In this document: piece by piece, positions 30,743-32,000 of the stretch
Position numbering within the stretch: position 1 is the stretch's first letter
How the letters are laid out: every line of letters starts with the position of its first letter
Assembly: GCF_000195955.2 (NCBI RefSeq)
Contig: NC_000962.3
Location: forward strand, 2,490,001 to 2,522,000
Direction: 5' to 3'
Length of the DNA: 32,000 nt
From: Mycobacterium tuberculosis H37Rv
Lineage (GTDB): Bacteria > Actinomycetota > Actinomycetes > Mycobacteriales > Mycobacteriaceae
Translations under genes and position numbers: made by a program
Notes under the pieces: generated by a model
What the model was told of the DNA's origin: nothing
What the model saw: only the letters and a program-made list of their open reading frames with translations
Databases searched by the model: none

Positions 30743-32000
30743 ATGACAATCATGGCCCCCGAGGCGGTTGGCGAGTCGCTCGACCCCCGCGATCCGCTGT
30801 TGCGGCTGAGCAACTTCTTCGACGACGGCAGCGTGGAATTGCTGCACGAGCGTGACCGCTCCGGAGTGCTGGCCGCGGCGGGCACCGTCAACGGTGTGCG
30901 CACCATCGCGTTCTGCACCGACGGCACCGTGATGGGCGGCGCCATGGGCGTCGAGGGGTGCACGCACATCGTCAACGCCTACGACACTGCCATCGAAGAC
31001 CAGAGTCCCATCGTGGGCATCTGGCATTCGGGTGGTGCCCGGCTGGCTGAAGGTGTGCGGGCGCTGCACGCGGTAGGCCAGGTGTTCGAAGCCATGATCC
31101 GCGCGTCCGGCTACATCCCGCAGATCTCGGTGGTCGTCGGTTTCGCCGCCGGCGGCGCCGCCTACGGACCGGCGTTGACCGACGTCGTCGTCATGGCGCC
31201 GGAAAGCCGGGTGTTCGTCACCGGGCCCGACGTGGTGCGCAGCGTCACCGGCGAGGACGTCGACATGGCCTCGCTCGGTGGGCCGGAGACCCACCACAAG
31301 AAGTCCGGGGTGTGCCACATCGTCGCCGACGACGAACTCGATGCCTACGACCGTGGGCGCCGGTTGGTCGGATTGTTCTGCCAGCAGGGGCATTTCGATC
31401 GCAGCAAGGCCGAGGCCGGTGACACCGACATCCACGCGCTGCTGCCGGAATCCTCGCGACGTGCCTACGACGTGCGTCCGATCGTGACGGCGATCCTCGA
31501 TGCGGACACACCGTTCGACGAGTTCCAGGCCAATTGGGCGCCGTCGATGGTGGTCGGGCTGGGTCGGCTGTCGGGTCGCACGGTGGGTGTACTGGCCAAC
31601 AACCCGCTACGCCTGGGCGGCTGCCTGAACTCCGAAAGCGCAGAGAAGGCAGCGCGTTTCGTGCGGCTGTGCGACGCGTTCGGGATTCCGCTGGTGGTGG
31701 TGGTCGATGTGCCGGGCTATCTGCCCGGTGTCGACCAGGAGTGGGGTGGCGTGGTGCGCCGTGGCGCCAAGTTGCTGCACGCGTTCGGCGAGTGCACCGT
31801 TCCGCGGGTCACGCTGGTCACCCGAAAGACCTACGGCGGGGCATACATTGCGATGAACTCCCGGTCGTTGAACGCGACCAAGGTGTTCGCCTGGCCGGAC
31901 GCCGAGGTCGCGGTGATGGGCGCTAAGGCGGCCGTCGGCATCCTGCACAAGAAGAAGTTGGCCGCCGCTCCGGAGCACGAACGCGAAGCGCTGCACGACC
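30743..32000 (+). CDS. accD6: Acetyl/propionyl-CoA carboxylase beta subunit AccD6, 5' portion; runs off the right edge
   Basis: MTIMAPEAVGESLDPRDPLLRLSNFFDDGSVELLHERDRSGVLAAAGTVNG...IWHSGGARLAEGVRAL...VDVPGYLPGVDQEWGGVVRRGAKLLHAF; carboxyltransferase family. Confidence 0.95.
   Translation, partial: MTIMAPEAVGESLDPRDPLLRLSNFFDDGSVELLHERDRSGVLAAAGTVNGVRTIAFCTDGTVMGGAMGVEGCTHIVNAYDTAIEDQSPIVGIWHSGGARLAEGVRALHAVGQVFEAMIRASGYIPQISVVVGFAAGGAAYGPALTDVVVMAPESRVFVTGPDVVRSVTGEDVDMASLGGPETHHKKSGVCHIVADDELDAYDRGRRLVGLFCQQGHFDRSKAEAGDTDIHALLPESSRRAYDVRPIVTAILDADTPFDEFQANWAPSMVVGLGRLSGRTVGVLANNPLRLGGCLNSESAEKAARFVRLCDAFGIPLVVVVDVPGYLPGVDQEWGGVVRRGAKLLHAFGECTVPRVTLVTRKTYGGAYIAMNSRSLNATKVFAWPDAEVAVMGAKAAVGILHKKKLAAAPEHEREALHD

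Overview
This 32 kb window is chromosomal Mycobacterium tuberculosis complex DNA. Translations match, from memory of the families, the H37Rv-type region from glnE (5' part) to accD6 (5' part). Order: glnE-glnA2-Rv2223c-hip1/caeA (minus), panB, CYTH/CHAD protein, rnpB (minus), 2OG-Fe(II) oxygenase-like gene, a minus-strand operon cobC-type aminotransferase/NIF3-like/zinc-ribbon/RNase HI-CobC fusion, a small vapBC16-type toxin-antitoxin module, ptkA-ptpA-SURF1, cobD (minus), a DUF2236-type gene, tRNA-Val(UAC), ahpE and a DUF3052 gene (minus), a lipoprotein gene (minus), aceE, mabR, and the FAS-II operon fabD-acpM-kasA-kasB-accD6. No mobile element, CRISPR array, BGC island or convincing novel defence system is visible. 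The most interesting signals are in the gaps. (1) A decayed wax-ester-synthase/DGAT (WS/DGAT) pseudogene lies between hip1 and panB. (2) Frameshifts break both vapB16 and vapC16. (3) A 1-nt frameshift splits the 2OG-Fe(II) oxygenase-like gene. (4) The 5' end of ptkA overlaps the decayed antitoxin antisense. (5) There are several strong hairpins, including a compound hairpin between convergent genes and one between kasA and kasB. The MabR-type palindrome TTTTGT-N9-ACAAAA lies upstream of fabD. No searches were run; gene names come from recall of sequence families.
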